From Octopus sinensis (lineage: Eukaryota): a stretch of DNA of 20,776 nt. The notes below the pieces were generated by a model, which saw only the letters and a list, made by a program, of their open reading frames with translations, did not search any database and was not told the DNA's origin. Below are positions 1 through 10,354 of this stretch, piece after piece (position 1 is the stretch's first letter; each line of letters starts with the position of its first letter). The position numbers and the translations under genes are program-made. The DNA lies in the NCBI RefSeq assembly GCF_006345805.1, contig NW_021824332.1, positions 1-20,776 on the forward strand. Direction: 5' to 3'.

Positions 1-149
1 TTTTTCTTCATGGTAAACTTTTCCCCTCTTTCTCTATATTTAACACACTCTCTCTGACTTTATCAAAGTATATGGCTTACGCTCAGTGTATGTGGATTTG
101 TCAGGGTGTGTCTCTATGCATGTGTATAAGGAACTTCATTAGGACGAGA

Positions 150-927
150 TAGTGATTTCGGCAGTACAGTGACATGTACTAACTTTTCTGAGCTCGAAGT
201 TGTGAGTCGAATTACACTCTACTTCAAAGGTTTTTGACACTCTCGTGAAGCATCTATGGAGCTGCCATGACATTACCCACAACACACAGATAAAGGTGTA
301 CAGTGTTACAGTTTATCCTTGCTTCTTCTTTGTTACAGAACGCATGACCCTCTACTGCAGGTACATCAAGACCCTAACTCTAATCCAACTTCGTCATCTG
401 CGCTCCATCTTGCATGTTTGTATGTCGGATGGCAGGATCGTATTACTGATGCAGGATCCTGCGTCGCCGTGGCACACTTAGAGTGGAGGCCCTCATTACT
501 TCATCGTAGCAGCGCTGAGTGGGGCATATTTGTAGGATGCAAGACGGCAGCTCCCCATAGGCAATTTTTATGCTGAACTGTGTCAGAGCAGGCGGATCAG
601 TGGTAACCAGAGGCTGCGATATACGAAGAAAAGACATATGAAGAGTTGTAGCATCTTTCCAGACAACCGGGAGAAGGTCTTGCAGCAAGATGAATGGCAG
701 GGTTTCCTTGGAGCTCGTAATTCCAGCCATTGAGGAGGAACAAAGGAGAGAACTCAACAGAGCATGATAACCGTCACTTTTCGGTTGCGTCATGTAGCTT
801 CACCTCCAGCAGATGCCATCGCTGCTTCAGACCAAAAGCTGCCTTTGTAGCCTATATGCGAACCTACTAGAGATGTTAACAAAAAAGGAACAGACAATGT
901 CGACCTCGAGGGACAGCCAAAGAAAAT
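150..927 (+). mobile_element. RTE-clade (BovB-like) LINE, degraded 3' fragment (post-RT region, C-terminal zinc-finger-like motif, 3' tail)
   Basis: Frameshifted + strand translation gives FGSTVT..ELEVVSRI, HLWSCHDITHNTQIKVYSVTV..MTLYCRYIK..LRHLRSIL, WQDRITD, GHICRMQDG, FYAELCQSRRISGNQRLRY and CHRCFRPKAAFVAYMRTY*. The order is collinear with RTE ORF C-termini. It ends in an RTE-like tail tcgacctcgagggacagccaaagaaaa. Stops and frameshifts are present. Confidence 0.88.
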
Positions 928-1377
928 ATTGCTTTGGCAAGTTATCTGTCGGTTCGCGTTCATTGTTTTGACCGTTGTCCATATCACAATTCTAACGGAT
1001 CTAAATCTATGCCAAACCCCACGAAATCAAGATTGTATATATCAGGGGAGATTGGAAGCTATGAATTTTGAAACTTTTGTGATGCAACCCTAAGAGAGAA
1101 TACCCGTCAAATGGAAATAGGGGTTTGTGGATGCGAGCAGGTTAGTCTATTTTCGAAGGAAAAAATTAAGCTTATATAGTCATTGAAGAACTAATGACAT
1201 TTCAAAAAGATACAAGGAATTGTGGTGGAAAAGTAAAAATAGTCTTGCATAGATTTTCAAAAATGTGTAAAGAATTATGAATTAGATGTAATTGTTTCAA
1301 ATTTTGGCAGGGATTAGTAGAAGGGATTAGTCGATTACTTTATTTTATAGATCCGAAAAGATAAAAGGCAAATTTTA

Positions 1378-1468
1378 TGGAGTTTGAACTAAGAATACAA
1401 TGAACTGGAAGAATTGCCGCCAAGCATTTTTGTCTGGCACAGTAACGATGCTGCCATCTCACCCCTTT
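1378..1468 (-). mobile_element. Diverged 5' remnant of tRNA-derived SINE family A
   Basis: ggagtttgaactaagaat..gccgccaagcatttttgtctggcacagtaacgatgctgccatctcacccctt aligns by eye with the head of the copy at 6290-6376. Confidence 0.65.
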
Positions 1469-2049
1469 ATGAGTGAATTAGAGGTAATGCAAATATAGAT
1501 TAGCGACCTTAGATGATGATGGCAACAAAACCTCTCTTATAGTTAAAACATAGAATTGAAGAGGTCTTCTTTACGATTCGGTCAGCCATTATCATTAACA
1601 CTGCCAATGCACTCAGATGCGTGTGAATGTGCATCGTATGTATTTGTATATGTGAGTGTGAATGTGTATTGTTACTTGTCGGTCTTCTTTTCTTCCTTTC
1701 CTTTTTCTAGGTTTATTTTCCCTGTCAAAGCTAGAAAATTTAATAAAGTCATTCGACTATTCATATTTTATTAAATCAGGAAATGTTTGATTTCATCACA
1801 ATGGCGACTGGATAATCTAATTTTCTGAGGCGGACCTAATTTTTCAGCCACCTTAAAACGACCTTCTGTCTAGTGAATGCATTTAGCGTAGATCGCACTT
1901 CTACAAACTTTCGTACGCAGTCTCCTGTCTGAGGGATATCTCGACACAATGATTTCTATTGTAGTAACACATGAGATCTGGTTCCACTTTTCCTTTTGAC
2001 ATTAGCTGGCTCGGGGGTTCCACATCAAAGCCATGGACGTTTTCCTTCC

Positions 2050-2152
2050 TCATCCGTTCTGATCTATTTGCATCGTTTCAGCTGAGAATTCTGCATCGTA
2101 ACCACGTGTTTCTGGGTTCGGTTCAGCAGTGACTTCTTCTAATGTAATTTGC
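2050..2152 (-). CDS. Putative terminal coding exon of an unidentified gene (xQITLEEVTAEPNPETRGYDAEFSAETMQIDQNG*)
   Basis: On the minus strand there is a CTAAAT branch-like motif, then ttccaatcttttttgttag|G, then 1 nt plus 33 open codons of non-repetitive acidic peptide ending in TGA (2052-2050). AATAAA occurs downstream at 1772-1767 and 1717-1712. I do not recognise the protein. Confidence 0.45.
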
Positions 2153-2247
2153 CTAACAAAAAAGATTGGAAGTCCATCGTGTATATTTAGCACAGCTATA
2201 TGCTTCATAGTAGACCAGTGTTCGAATCAGGCAGGACATGTTACTAC

Positions 2248-3226
2248 TATGTATGCATGTAATGTATGTATGTATGTATGTATGTATGTATGTATGTATG
2301 TATGTATGTATGTATGTATGTATGTATGGAGTATGTATGTATGTAAGTATGTATTGTATGTATGTATGTATGTATGTATGTATGTATGTATGTATGTATG
2401 TAGTGTATTATGTATGCTTGTTTGTGTTGTATGTATGTATGTATGTATGTATGTATGTATGTATGTATGTATTTTGTATGTAATTATGTATGTATGGTAT
2501 GTATGTATGTGTGTATGTATGTAATGCATGCATGTATGTATGCATGTATGCTTGTATGTAGGTATGTATGTTTGTATGTATGTATATATGTATGTATATA
2601 TGTATGTATATATGTATGTATGCATGTATGCTTGTATGTATGTAAGTATGTATGCATGTTTGTTTCTTTGTATGTATGTATGTATGAATGTATGTATGTT
2701 TGTTTGTATGTATGTATATATGTATGTATGTTTGTTTGTATGTATGTATATATGTATGTATGTTTGTTTGTTTGTATGTATGTATGTATGTGTGTATGTG
2801 TGTATGTATGTATGTATGTATGTATGTATGTGTGTATGTATGTATGTATGTATGTATGCATGTATGCTTGTATGTAGGTATGTTTGTTTGTATGTATGTA
2901 TGTATATATATATATATATATATGTATGTATGCATGCATGTATGCTTGTATGTATGTATGTATGTTTATTTGTATGTATGTTTGTATGTTTGTTTGTATG
3001 TATGTATATATGTATGTATGTATATATGTATGTGTATGTATGTATATATGTATGTATGTATGTATGTATGAATGTATGCATGTATGTGTGTATGTATGTA
3101 TGTATGCATGTATGTATGTATGTATGTATGTATGTATGTATGTATGTATGTATGTGTTTATGTATGTATGTATGTATGTGTGTATGTATGTATGCATGTA
3201 TGTATGTATGTTTGTATATATGTATG

Positions 3227-3260
<34 letters not shown>

Positions 3261-3378
3261 TGTATGTATGTATGTATGTATGTATGTTTGTTTGTATGTA
3301 TGTATGTATGTATGTATGTATGTATGTATGTATGTATGTATGTATGCATGTATTTATGTATGCATGTATTTATGTATG

Positions 3379-3410
<32 letters not shown>

Positions 3411-3650
3411 TGTATGTATGTATGAATGTATGTATGCATGTGTGTATGTATGCATGTATGTATGTATGTATGTATGCATGTATGTATGTATGTATGTATG
3501 TATGTGTGTATGTATGCATGTATGTATGTATGTATGTATGCATGTATTTATGTATGTATATGTATGTATGTATGTAAGTATTATGTATGTATGTATATAT
3601 GTATTTATGTTTGTTGTATGTATGTATGTATGTATGTATGTATGTATTGT
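2248..3650. repeat. ~1.4-kb (TATG)n tetranucleotide array with variant units
   Basis: Directly visible; it is the source of the CMYV/HTYI ORFs. Confidence 0.98.
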
Positions 3651-4317
3651 ATGATGCGTGCATATGTGTGTATGTATGTGCCTGCATTTGGGTATTATAT
3701 ATGCATACATACACCCCACCACCCAACACACACACATATATATATATACATACATATATACACACACAAATTATATATGATGTATAGATATATATATATA
3801 TATATTATATATATATATATGATATATACATTGTGTGTGTGTACTTTGTGCCCTTTATTTTTCTCTGTCTTTGTACTCTGTGTGCGTTTGCTCAATTAAT
3901 TATGAATATTTATATATTATGCTTGAATGTCCATCCTCTGAACATTTTCAGTCTTCGCTTTCTCTCTATTTACATGTATATACTTTTTATATATCAAACC
4001 GATATTTCTTTATTTGCATCAGTCTCTCTCTCTCTCTCACTATATATGTATGTGTGTATATATGTATATGCGTTTATATAAATCAGTGTGCGGGTGTGTG
4101 GGAGTGTAGGCGCGTGGATGTGTTTACGTTTATGTCGCTTAAAACCGATTATATTGTTAATGTACTGTAACAAACCGGTTCAACAAACAAAGATCGATAA
4201 AATGAGTACGAAATTTGAAAGTATTTACCTAAGGTCGATATACTTCACTAAACGCTGTGGTCATTCTTCCGAATGGCTGCAATTTAAAAACCGGTAAATG
4301 ATTAGATGCATAAAGTA

Positions 4318-4324
4318 CATACAC

Positions 4325-4381
<57 letters not shown>

Positions 4382-4404
4382 CACACGCACGCACGCACAC
4401 ACAC
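4318..4404. repeat. (CA)n microsatellite
   Basis: Directly visible. Confidence 0.97.
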
Positions 4405-4627
4405 AAATCATATGCGATTAACGCATAATTGCAACAATTATGATATTTACAAACATGTTTCACATGACAGCGTTTTTAGTTACACCCTGACTTCCGGTTG
4501 ACCATCAGATGTATATCTATATATAGTTAATCCAAACATGAAAACACAAAAAGAAAACACAACAACGCGAGGACATGGAACAAATATAGTATTATTGGAT
4601 GCTCAGGAAAGGAAGGAAAGAAGGAGG

Positions 4628-4662
4628 ATTTAAAGTTTCGAGCGGAGCTCTTCGTCAGAAAC
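4628..4662 (-). ncRNA. Degenerate minimal type-I hammerhead ribozyme motif in a short Penelope-like module (~4525-4677)
   Basis: Minus strand reads GUUU-CUGACGA-A-GAGC(UCC)GCUC-GAAA-C-UUU-AAAU. The core boxes and a 4-bp helix II are present. The cleavage triplet is UUU where an ACGU palindrome with GUU would be expected. Confidence 0.6.
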
Positions 4663-4864
4663 ATAGGAAACGGAAAGTTGCATATATTTATGCCTTTGTG
4701 TGTGTATGTGAGTGTATGTATGTATGCATACATTCATAAGCAGATGTATTTATAAATGTATATGTGCGTATATTTCTAAATATGTTTTATGTGTGTGTGT
4801 GAGTGCGTGCGATTCACTCTCCCGTAGGTTTCGATGTATGAGGATCCAAAACCCTACTCTTTCT

Positions 4865-5625
4865 TTGTCAGTCACAATGCTTATGTCGAATGTGACATTT
4901 GAGTCCCATCAACCATTTGTAAAGAAACCCGCAGATGTTGCAAGTATGAGGATTACGGATCAGTGCAAGCGGCATGATGGCAACCGCTTTTGTCCTTTGC
5001 CTTGCGTCCCTAAAACTGTTAATGCAGTTTGAAACAAAGTCCCTTATACCATTTTGACATCTCCGTTTTGTTCGTACCAATGCTGTTTGCTCAAAGGTGT
5101 TGCGAGCTATCTTCACTGCTAAGAGATTACCTTTCAGCTTGTACTTTCAGCTTGTACTTGAGCTATGGTCGCCCAGCACTCATGTACCCACCATCCAGCT
5201 GGCTGTACATGAGGACTTTAGGTATTCTTTCCGACGGCATGGCCACTCCAGCGCAATTGCGACTGCATAAGGAAGCTCTCGATTCCACCAATTTTTATGA
5301 CATTTGACACTGTCTTTTAGTGAATAACTGCAGATTGTCCCGGGACAGACTTTGTGGACGATGTCAAGTCGATTAATGTGCCACCTATAAGGTGTCCACG
5401 GTTCCGAATCATACAAAAGAGTAAAAAGAATGGTAGCTTTATAGACCGGTGTTGTGGTGTCAAGTAAACAGGCGATGACGGAATTTGCCAAATGCGTCGG
5501 TTGCTTTCACAAGACGGTTGATAAATTCTTCATTAAGGGAAGCGCTCGAGTTCACTTTATTACCTAGATATGTAAATGACTTCACACACTATAGGCTTTT
5601 CCCGTCAAACTGTATAGGATTGTCA
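4865..5625 (-). mobile_element. RTE-clade LINE, degraded 3' fragment
   Basis: Minus-strand translation gives KSFTYLGNKVNSSASLNEEFINRLVKATDAFGKFRHRL, VYKATILFTLLYDSEPWTPYRWHINRLD, LMQSQLRWSGH, RIPKVLMYSQLDGG..GRP*LKYK and a terminal HTCNICGFLYKWLMGLKCHIRHKH. There is an internal 13-bp tandem duplication at 5131-5156. Confidence 0.92.
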
Positions 5626-6109
5626 GAGAAATTGTGAACTGGTGGCCTCTGCTTGACGCCTCGAAACATTTAAAGAGAAGATATTTTCTGTTCTTGTGAA
5701 ATAATATTTTTTGTTGAAGATACACTTGAAAATCATTTCAAACAAACGCAGAGGTTGAAAGGTGAGAAAGATAGAAATAGAAAGAAAGAATTGTATATAA
5801 GATGGAGCTTTGCTTCGCAAGCTTTATTTCATCTTCATGTTCTTCCTTTTCCCTGTCCCTCTAGGTCTTTGCCTTATATCTCATTCTTAGTCTGCCGCGT
5901 AGAGTCGTCTGTCATTCTCCATGCCTCACATGTTTTCACTCTATTTTCTTCAATGATTCCACTATTTCTGCCTCTTCTCTCTCTACCATTGTATAACATT
6001 TTCCATTCAACATTGTCAACACCAACGTCACCTTCCTTAGCGTTACAGAAAAATGTAGATAGAAAACTTACTATCGTATTAATACACACACGCACGCACA
6101 CACACACAC

Positions 6110-6145
<36 letters not shown>

Positions 6146-6376
6146 TTCCTTATTGCCCACAAGGAGCTAAACATAGAGGGGACAAACAAGGACAGACTAA
6201 GGGATTAAGTGGATTACATCGACCCCCAGTGCGTAACTGGTTGTTAATTTATCGACCCCGAAAGGATGAAAGGCAAAGTCGACCTCGGCGGAATTTGAAC
6301 TCAGAACGTAATGGCAGACGAAATGCCGCTAAGCATTTCGCCCGGCGCGCTAACGTTTCTGCCAGCTCGCCGCCTT
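6146..6376 (-). mobile_element. tRNA-derived SINE family A, near full length, inserted in a (CA)n tract
   Basis: The minus-strand head ggcggcgagctggcagaaacgttagc is A-box-like and gagttcaaattcc is a B box. It shares a 56-nt identical block with the copy at 18176-18407, and (CA)n lies on both flanks. Confidence 0.9.
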
Positions 6377-6415
<39 letters not shown>

Positions 6416-6645
6416 CCTTTATCAATTTCCCAGTTATAAATCTAGTAAACTGGAACACAAGAGTCCATAGTTCAGTAGTTACTATACAAAATAGATTAAA
6501 TAAATGCATAAAATCAAGAATAATCATTGTGAATGTTTGGAAAGCTAGTTCTTGTGGACAATCCTGCTATTATTTTCATTAATAATGATACATACTTAGA
6601 AAGTGAGATAGGTAATAAAACACAAACGGACTTTGTTTATTGAAC

Positions 6646-6686
6646 TGAACGATATTTTAACAGCTCATCTGTCTTCTTCAGGTTCA
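6646..6686 (-). ncRNA. Minimal type-I hammerhead ribozyme motif with a G12->A substitution
   Basis: Minus strand reads UGAAC-CUGAAGA-A-GACAG(AUGAG)CUGUU-AAA-AU-AUC-GUUCA. Helix I has 5 bp, helix II has 5 bp including one G.U, helix III is the palindrome AUAU and the triplet is AUC. Only G12 (position 6658) deviates from the core. Confidence 0.65.
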
Positions 6687-7246
6687 AAATTAGTCAAGAA
6701 TAAGGAAAAAAAAAAAATTCACAAAAATCCAAACATCTAAAATTTTGACTGGATTATCTTGCGTTCATTCCAGGAGAAAATGGCTTCAAGTATTGCTTGG
6801 TTGTAACATATTAAAACAACGAAGAAGGAAAGAAGAAAAATAGGAAGAGAACTCTTAGTCATTTTGTTTTTTAAATCTGCTGGAACTCTTCTGTCATTTT
6901 GATCATCTTCTCCTGGGCGTGAGTTACTGGTTGTCTAGGGAACTCTTGCAGTTTTAGTGGTTGAGACAGTAATGCTGTTTCCCAAGTTGCAGCAACAACC
7001 ATTGATGCGGTTTTTAAGGAGCTATTTGGGGTGTATGAAATCCAAATGTGAACTGAGTAAATATACTTAAATATTTTTCGGTGCGACAGACAAAATCTCA
7101 AGATGACACACATTGGCATGAAGAAATATAAGAGAGATGGATAGAATGTAAGAGAGATGGATAGAAACAAGGGAAAAATCAAAACGAATAAAATGGTTAT
7201 GACTAAGAAGTGACAAAAATACAGCAAATAGATTGTTAGTCTTTTT

Positions 7247-7669
7247 GGATCTTTTCGGTTTGAACGGCAGTTTTTAACATAATTTCTAGATAACTAAACA
7301 CTTTTAAACTTCGTATACTGGTAGAATGTGTTTATAAAACTCTTTTCTCTTGGCTTTATGAGAAAAATTCTATAGTTGTAGGATATTGTTGTTTGTTTTC
7401 TTCAATTCTGCAATTTCAACCAATCAGTGACGTCTATTGAGGTGAAAACATTCTGTGCCGTATGAATATGTCCCTCGTTTAAGAAACAGATTGGGTTTAT
7501 TTACATTTGTGAATTAAAAAGATACCATTCCCCCACCCCTAACCCTAACCCTAACTAACCCTAACCCTAAAACAGATTGAAATGCAATAGATCCATAATA
7601 GGGTAATAATTATGGGTGACAATTTCATATGACACCGCTAGAAAAAACTGCCGTCCAAACCGAAAATCC
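7247..7669. mobile_element. Non-autonomous TIR element (MITE-like or Helentron-associated), ~420 bp
   Basis: ttttcggtttgaacggcagttttt (7252-7275) and aaaaactgccgtccaaaccgaaaa (7643-7666) are inverted repeats matching at 23/24 positions. There is no ORF and no clear TSD; both flanks are T-rich. Confidence 0.8.
7537..7570 (+). repeat. Telomere-type (CCCTAA)n tract inside the TIR element
   Basis: Five CCCTAA units plus one CTAA. Confidence 0.9.
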
Positions 7670-7849
7670 GTGTTTTTTTCTTGTAAAGGAAGGGAACAAA
7701 CAAAATGACGGGAGTGGAAAAATAAAATATGAAATAATTTTCGACGACAGCATTGAACCGTCGACGAAGACCATTAGGAAAGAGGTCGAGAAAGCGACTG
7801 CCAAGAATGAATGGCAAAGCCAAGAGGTAAAGCAGATTCTGAAAACGAA

Positions 7850-8000
7850 AGTTATCGTAGTCGTCATCGCCGTCGACTTCGTTGTGGTCATCGAGGTCGT
7901 TGTAGTAGTCCTAGTGGTCATCTTCGCCATCGACGTTGCAGTGAACAACGCCGTTGCCGCCGCTGTCGCCGCTGTCGCCGCTGTGGCCTCCGCCGCTGTC
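7850..8000. repeat. Decayed GC-rich trinucleotide (GTC/GCC/CAT-type) low-complexity tract
   Basis: cgtcatcgccgtcg..gccgctgtcgccgctgtcgccgctg periodicity; it explains the V/A-rich and T-rich ORFs. Confidence 0.75.
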
Positions 8001-8092
8001 TGTATCTCTCCCCTCTGTAATCCGGGGAACCTTACAAAATATTTACTTAACCTACGACGATTAAATGACAGCCAAACATACCGCAAATCATT

Positions 8093-8287
8093 GAGTAGGA
8101 GTGGCTGTGTGGTAAGTAGCTTGTTTACCAGCCACATGGTTCGGGTTCAGTCCCACTGCGTGGCACTTGGGCCAAGTGTCTTCTACTATATAGCCTCCGG
8201 TCGACAAAGTTTGTGAGTGGATTTGGTAGACAAAACTGAAAGAAGCCCGTCGTATGTATGTATATGTATATATATATATAATACATA

Positions 8288-8325
<38 letters not shown>

Positions 8326-8488
8326 ATATATATATATTTATAATATATATATATATATATTATATATAATATTATATATATATATAATATAATATAATAT
8401 ATATATACCGGAGTTAAACTGTCTGATGAACGGCAACGAGAAACTCAGAGTAACAGATTTTGTTGAATTTTCTGCTGCTTAAAATAAA

Positions 8489-8562
<74 letters not shown>

Positions 8563-8820
8563 GTAAGTGTGTGTGTGTGTGTGTGGGTGTGTGTGTGTGT
8601 GTGTGGTTGTGTCTGTTTTTGTTTGGGTTTGTTCCCCCCAACATCGCTTGATAAGTGATGCTGGTGTGCTAACGTCCGTAACTTAACGGTTCAGCAAAAG
8701 GGAACGATGGCATAAATACTAGGCTTACAAAGAATAAGTCCTGGGGTCGATTTGCTCAACTAAAAGGATATGCTCCAGCATGGCCACAGTCAAATGACTG
8801 AAACAAGTGAAAAAGTAAAA
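8093..8820 (+). mobile_element. tRNA-derived SINE family B with an expanded central (TA)n/(GT)n tract and a nested insertion
   Basis: The head tggctgtgtggtaag..ggttcagtccc carries A/B-box-like motifs. The body and 3' part (..gctccagcatggccacagtcaaatgactgaaacaag) are collinear with the copy at 12588-12945. Confidence 0.88.
8419..8456 (+). ncRNA. Minimal type-I hammerhead ribozyme motif in an ~85-bp insert (8406-8490) within (TA)n
   Basis: The sequence reads CUGU-CUGAUGA-A-CG(GCAA)CG-A-GAAA-CUCAGAGUA-ACAG. The core is intact, helix I is CUGU/ACAG, helix II is short and GNRA-capped, and helix III is the near-palindrome ACUC-A-GAGU. The predicted cut is after 8452 (GUA). Confidence 0.7.
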
Positions 8821-9324
8821 TAGTACTGTTTGAGGAGTAAATACATTACACACCGTAGTTCCTTATTTACTCTTCCGAATATCATAGTGATGCTCAAGGC
8901 TGGAACGCTTTTTGACTATAAGTTAATCAAGCCACATCAACAAGCTCATTTCTCTGGCCACTACCACAATAACCAGCATCATTATCATTAGTATCATTGA
9001 TCCAACACAAAACTCTTTGCCAACTAATATTTCGGTAACAATTCACATTGTGCGTCGCAAACAGCCATTTTAGCAAGAAACGTAATCCATTTTGTTTTTG
9101 TATTTGTTGCCGTTTCTTCCTATTAAAGTACTTTATAATACGCATATTCATACGCATACATACACACAAAGTAACTCTAGTATTTATATATATATACATA
9201 TACAAACACACACATACATATATACACACACACACACATATATATATAACATACATACATCATACACATAAATACGCACGTAACACAAATATATATATAT
9301 TATATATATATGGTAAACATTAAA

Positions 9325-9815
9325 ATTAAATACAGATGGACAAGAACATGAAAAACACCACAGAGACGACACAAGAACCACAGGACGGGACATTCGAAGC
9401 CTCAGTCATCAGTCAAGAACCAGATCATCTTAGCAATCGGGCTGATTAATCTTGAGATTGCTCGATATGGCCAGCCCGCCAAGGGAATCTAGCCAAGCGC
9501 ATTAGATCCCCTGGAAGAAAGCTTCGAATGTATACAACGAAGGACGGAAAACATCGAAGTACACAAACAAAAATACAGAATACGTGACACAATAAGAATA
9601 CAAAAACGTAAAAACAATAACGGTAAAAATAAAAAATAAAAACAAACAAAACCAGGACGTAGGACAAGGGTCTTTCGACAGGACGATTTGAGTAGGGGCT
9701 GGACTTGTGAAGTGTTGCTTAAAGGCCACGGGGAGACGAACAAAAACGTGTTGCTTCTGAGGCTGCTGAAAACGAAAGAGCGCTCAACAGCGGCTAGCTG
9801 TCACGTGAGAACAAA
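9325..9815. mobile_element. Non-coding interspersed-repeat-like insert between (TA)n arrays, rich in inverted repeats (possibly Penelope pLTR-derived)
   Basis: Complex sequence is bounded by TA microsatellites, with several inverted repeats in 9390-9531 and an A-rich linker at 9540-9655. The family assignment is inference. Confidence 0.45.
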
Positions 9816-9824
9816 AGACAGGAT

Positions 9825-10038
9825 TATATATATATGATATATATATGTATATGTATGCATCGTGTGATATGTATATATATGTATATATATATATGTATGC
9901 ATGTATGATATATATATAACGCATATACGCATATACATATATGTGACGCATACATGTACACTATGTATTTTGAGTATGTATTTATGGTCATGCGTGTGTA
10001 TGTGTTTGTGTATTAATGCGTATGCATGCATGTGTATG

Positions 10039-10088
<50 letters not shown>

Positions 10089-10175
10089 CATACATACACA
10101 TACATACATAGCATATATGCATATACACAATATGAATATACATATATATGTGAATAAAATGTTCATACCTATATG

Positions 10176-10213
<38 letters not shown>

Positions 10214-10307
10214 TAATATATATATATATATAATGTATGTATATATGCATATATATGTAATATATATGTATATATATATGTATATAATATAATATTATAT
10301 ATATATG

Positions 10308-10354
<47 letters not shown>

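Noticed and set aside
1683-1747. Strong + strand acceptor (tcttcttttcttcctttcctttttctag|g) followed by AATAAA
   Set aside because: No ORF or upstream exon supports it; it is equally explained as a purine-rich stretch of the minus-strand 3' UTR.
2129-3899. Many long ORFs (up to 349 aa) of CMYV/HTYI repeats
   Set aside because: They are translations of (TATG)n, which lacks stop codons in most frames; no coding signal.
4441-4515. Fifth hammerhead-like motif (minus: CUGAUGG...GAAACAUGUU, palindromic ACAUGU, bulged helix I)
   Set aside because: A9 is G, no helix II can be drawn and helix I needs a bulge at the core. It may be a very eroded relic but is not supportable.
5874-6143. Protein-like ORF tail AKEGDVGVDNVEWKMLYNG...
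   Set aside because: It starts in (GT)n, has a weak acceptor (aag) and contains no recognisable domain.
6871-7227. 118-aa minus-strand ORF and three gaactctt words
   Set aside because: The N-terminal half is translated T-rich low-complexity sequence, no motif is recognised and the repeats are too short to be significant.
7537-7570. True telomere or chromosome-fusion scar
   Set aside because: Only five units, one orientation, and internal to a TIR element.
7629-8216. 195-aa ORF with an apparent transmembrane stretch
   Set aside because: It starts inside the TIR element, crosses a decayed GTC/GCC repeat that produces the V/A run, and ends inside a SINE, so it is a chimeric chance ORF.
9380-9420. 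CUGAUGA...GAAUGUC on the minus strand as a hammerhead
   Set aside because: GAAA is absent, helix II is poor and there is no helix I partner.
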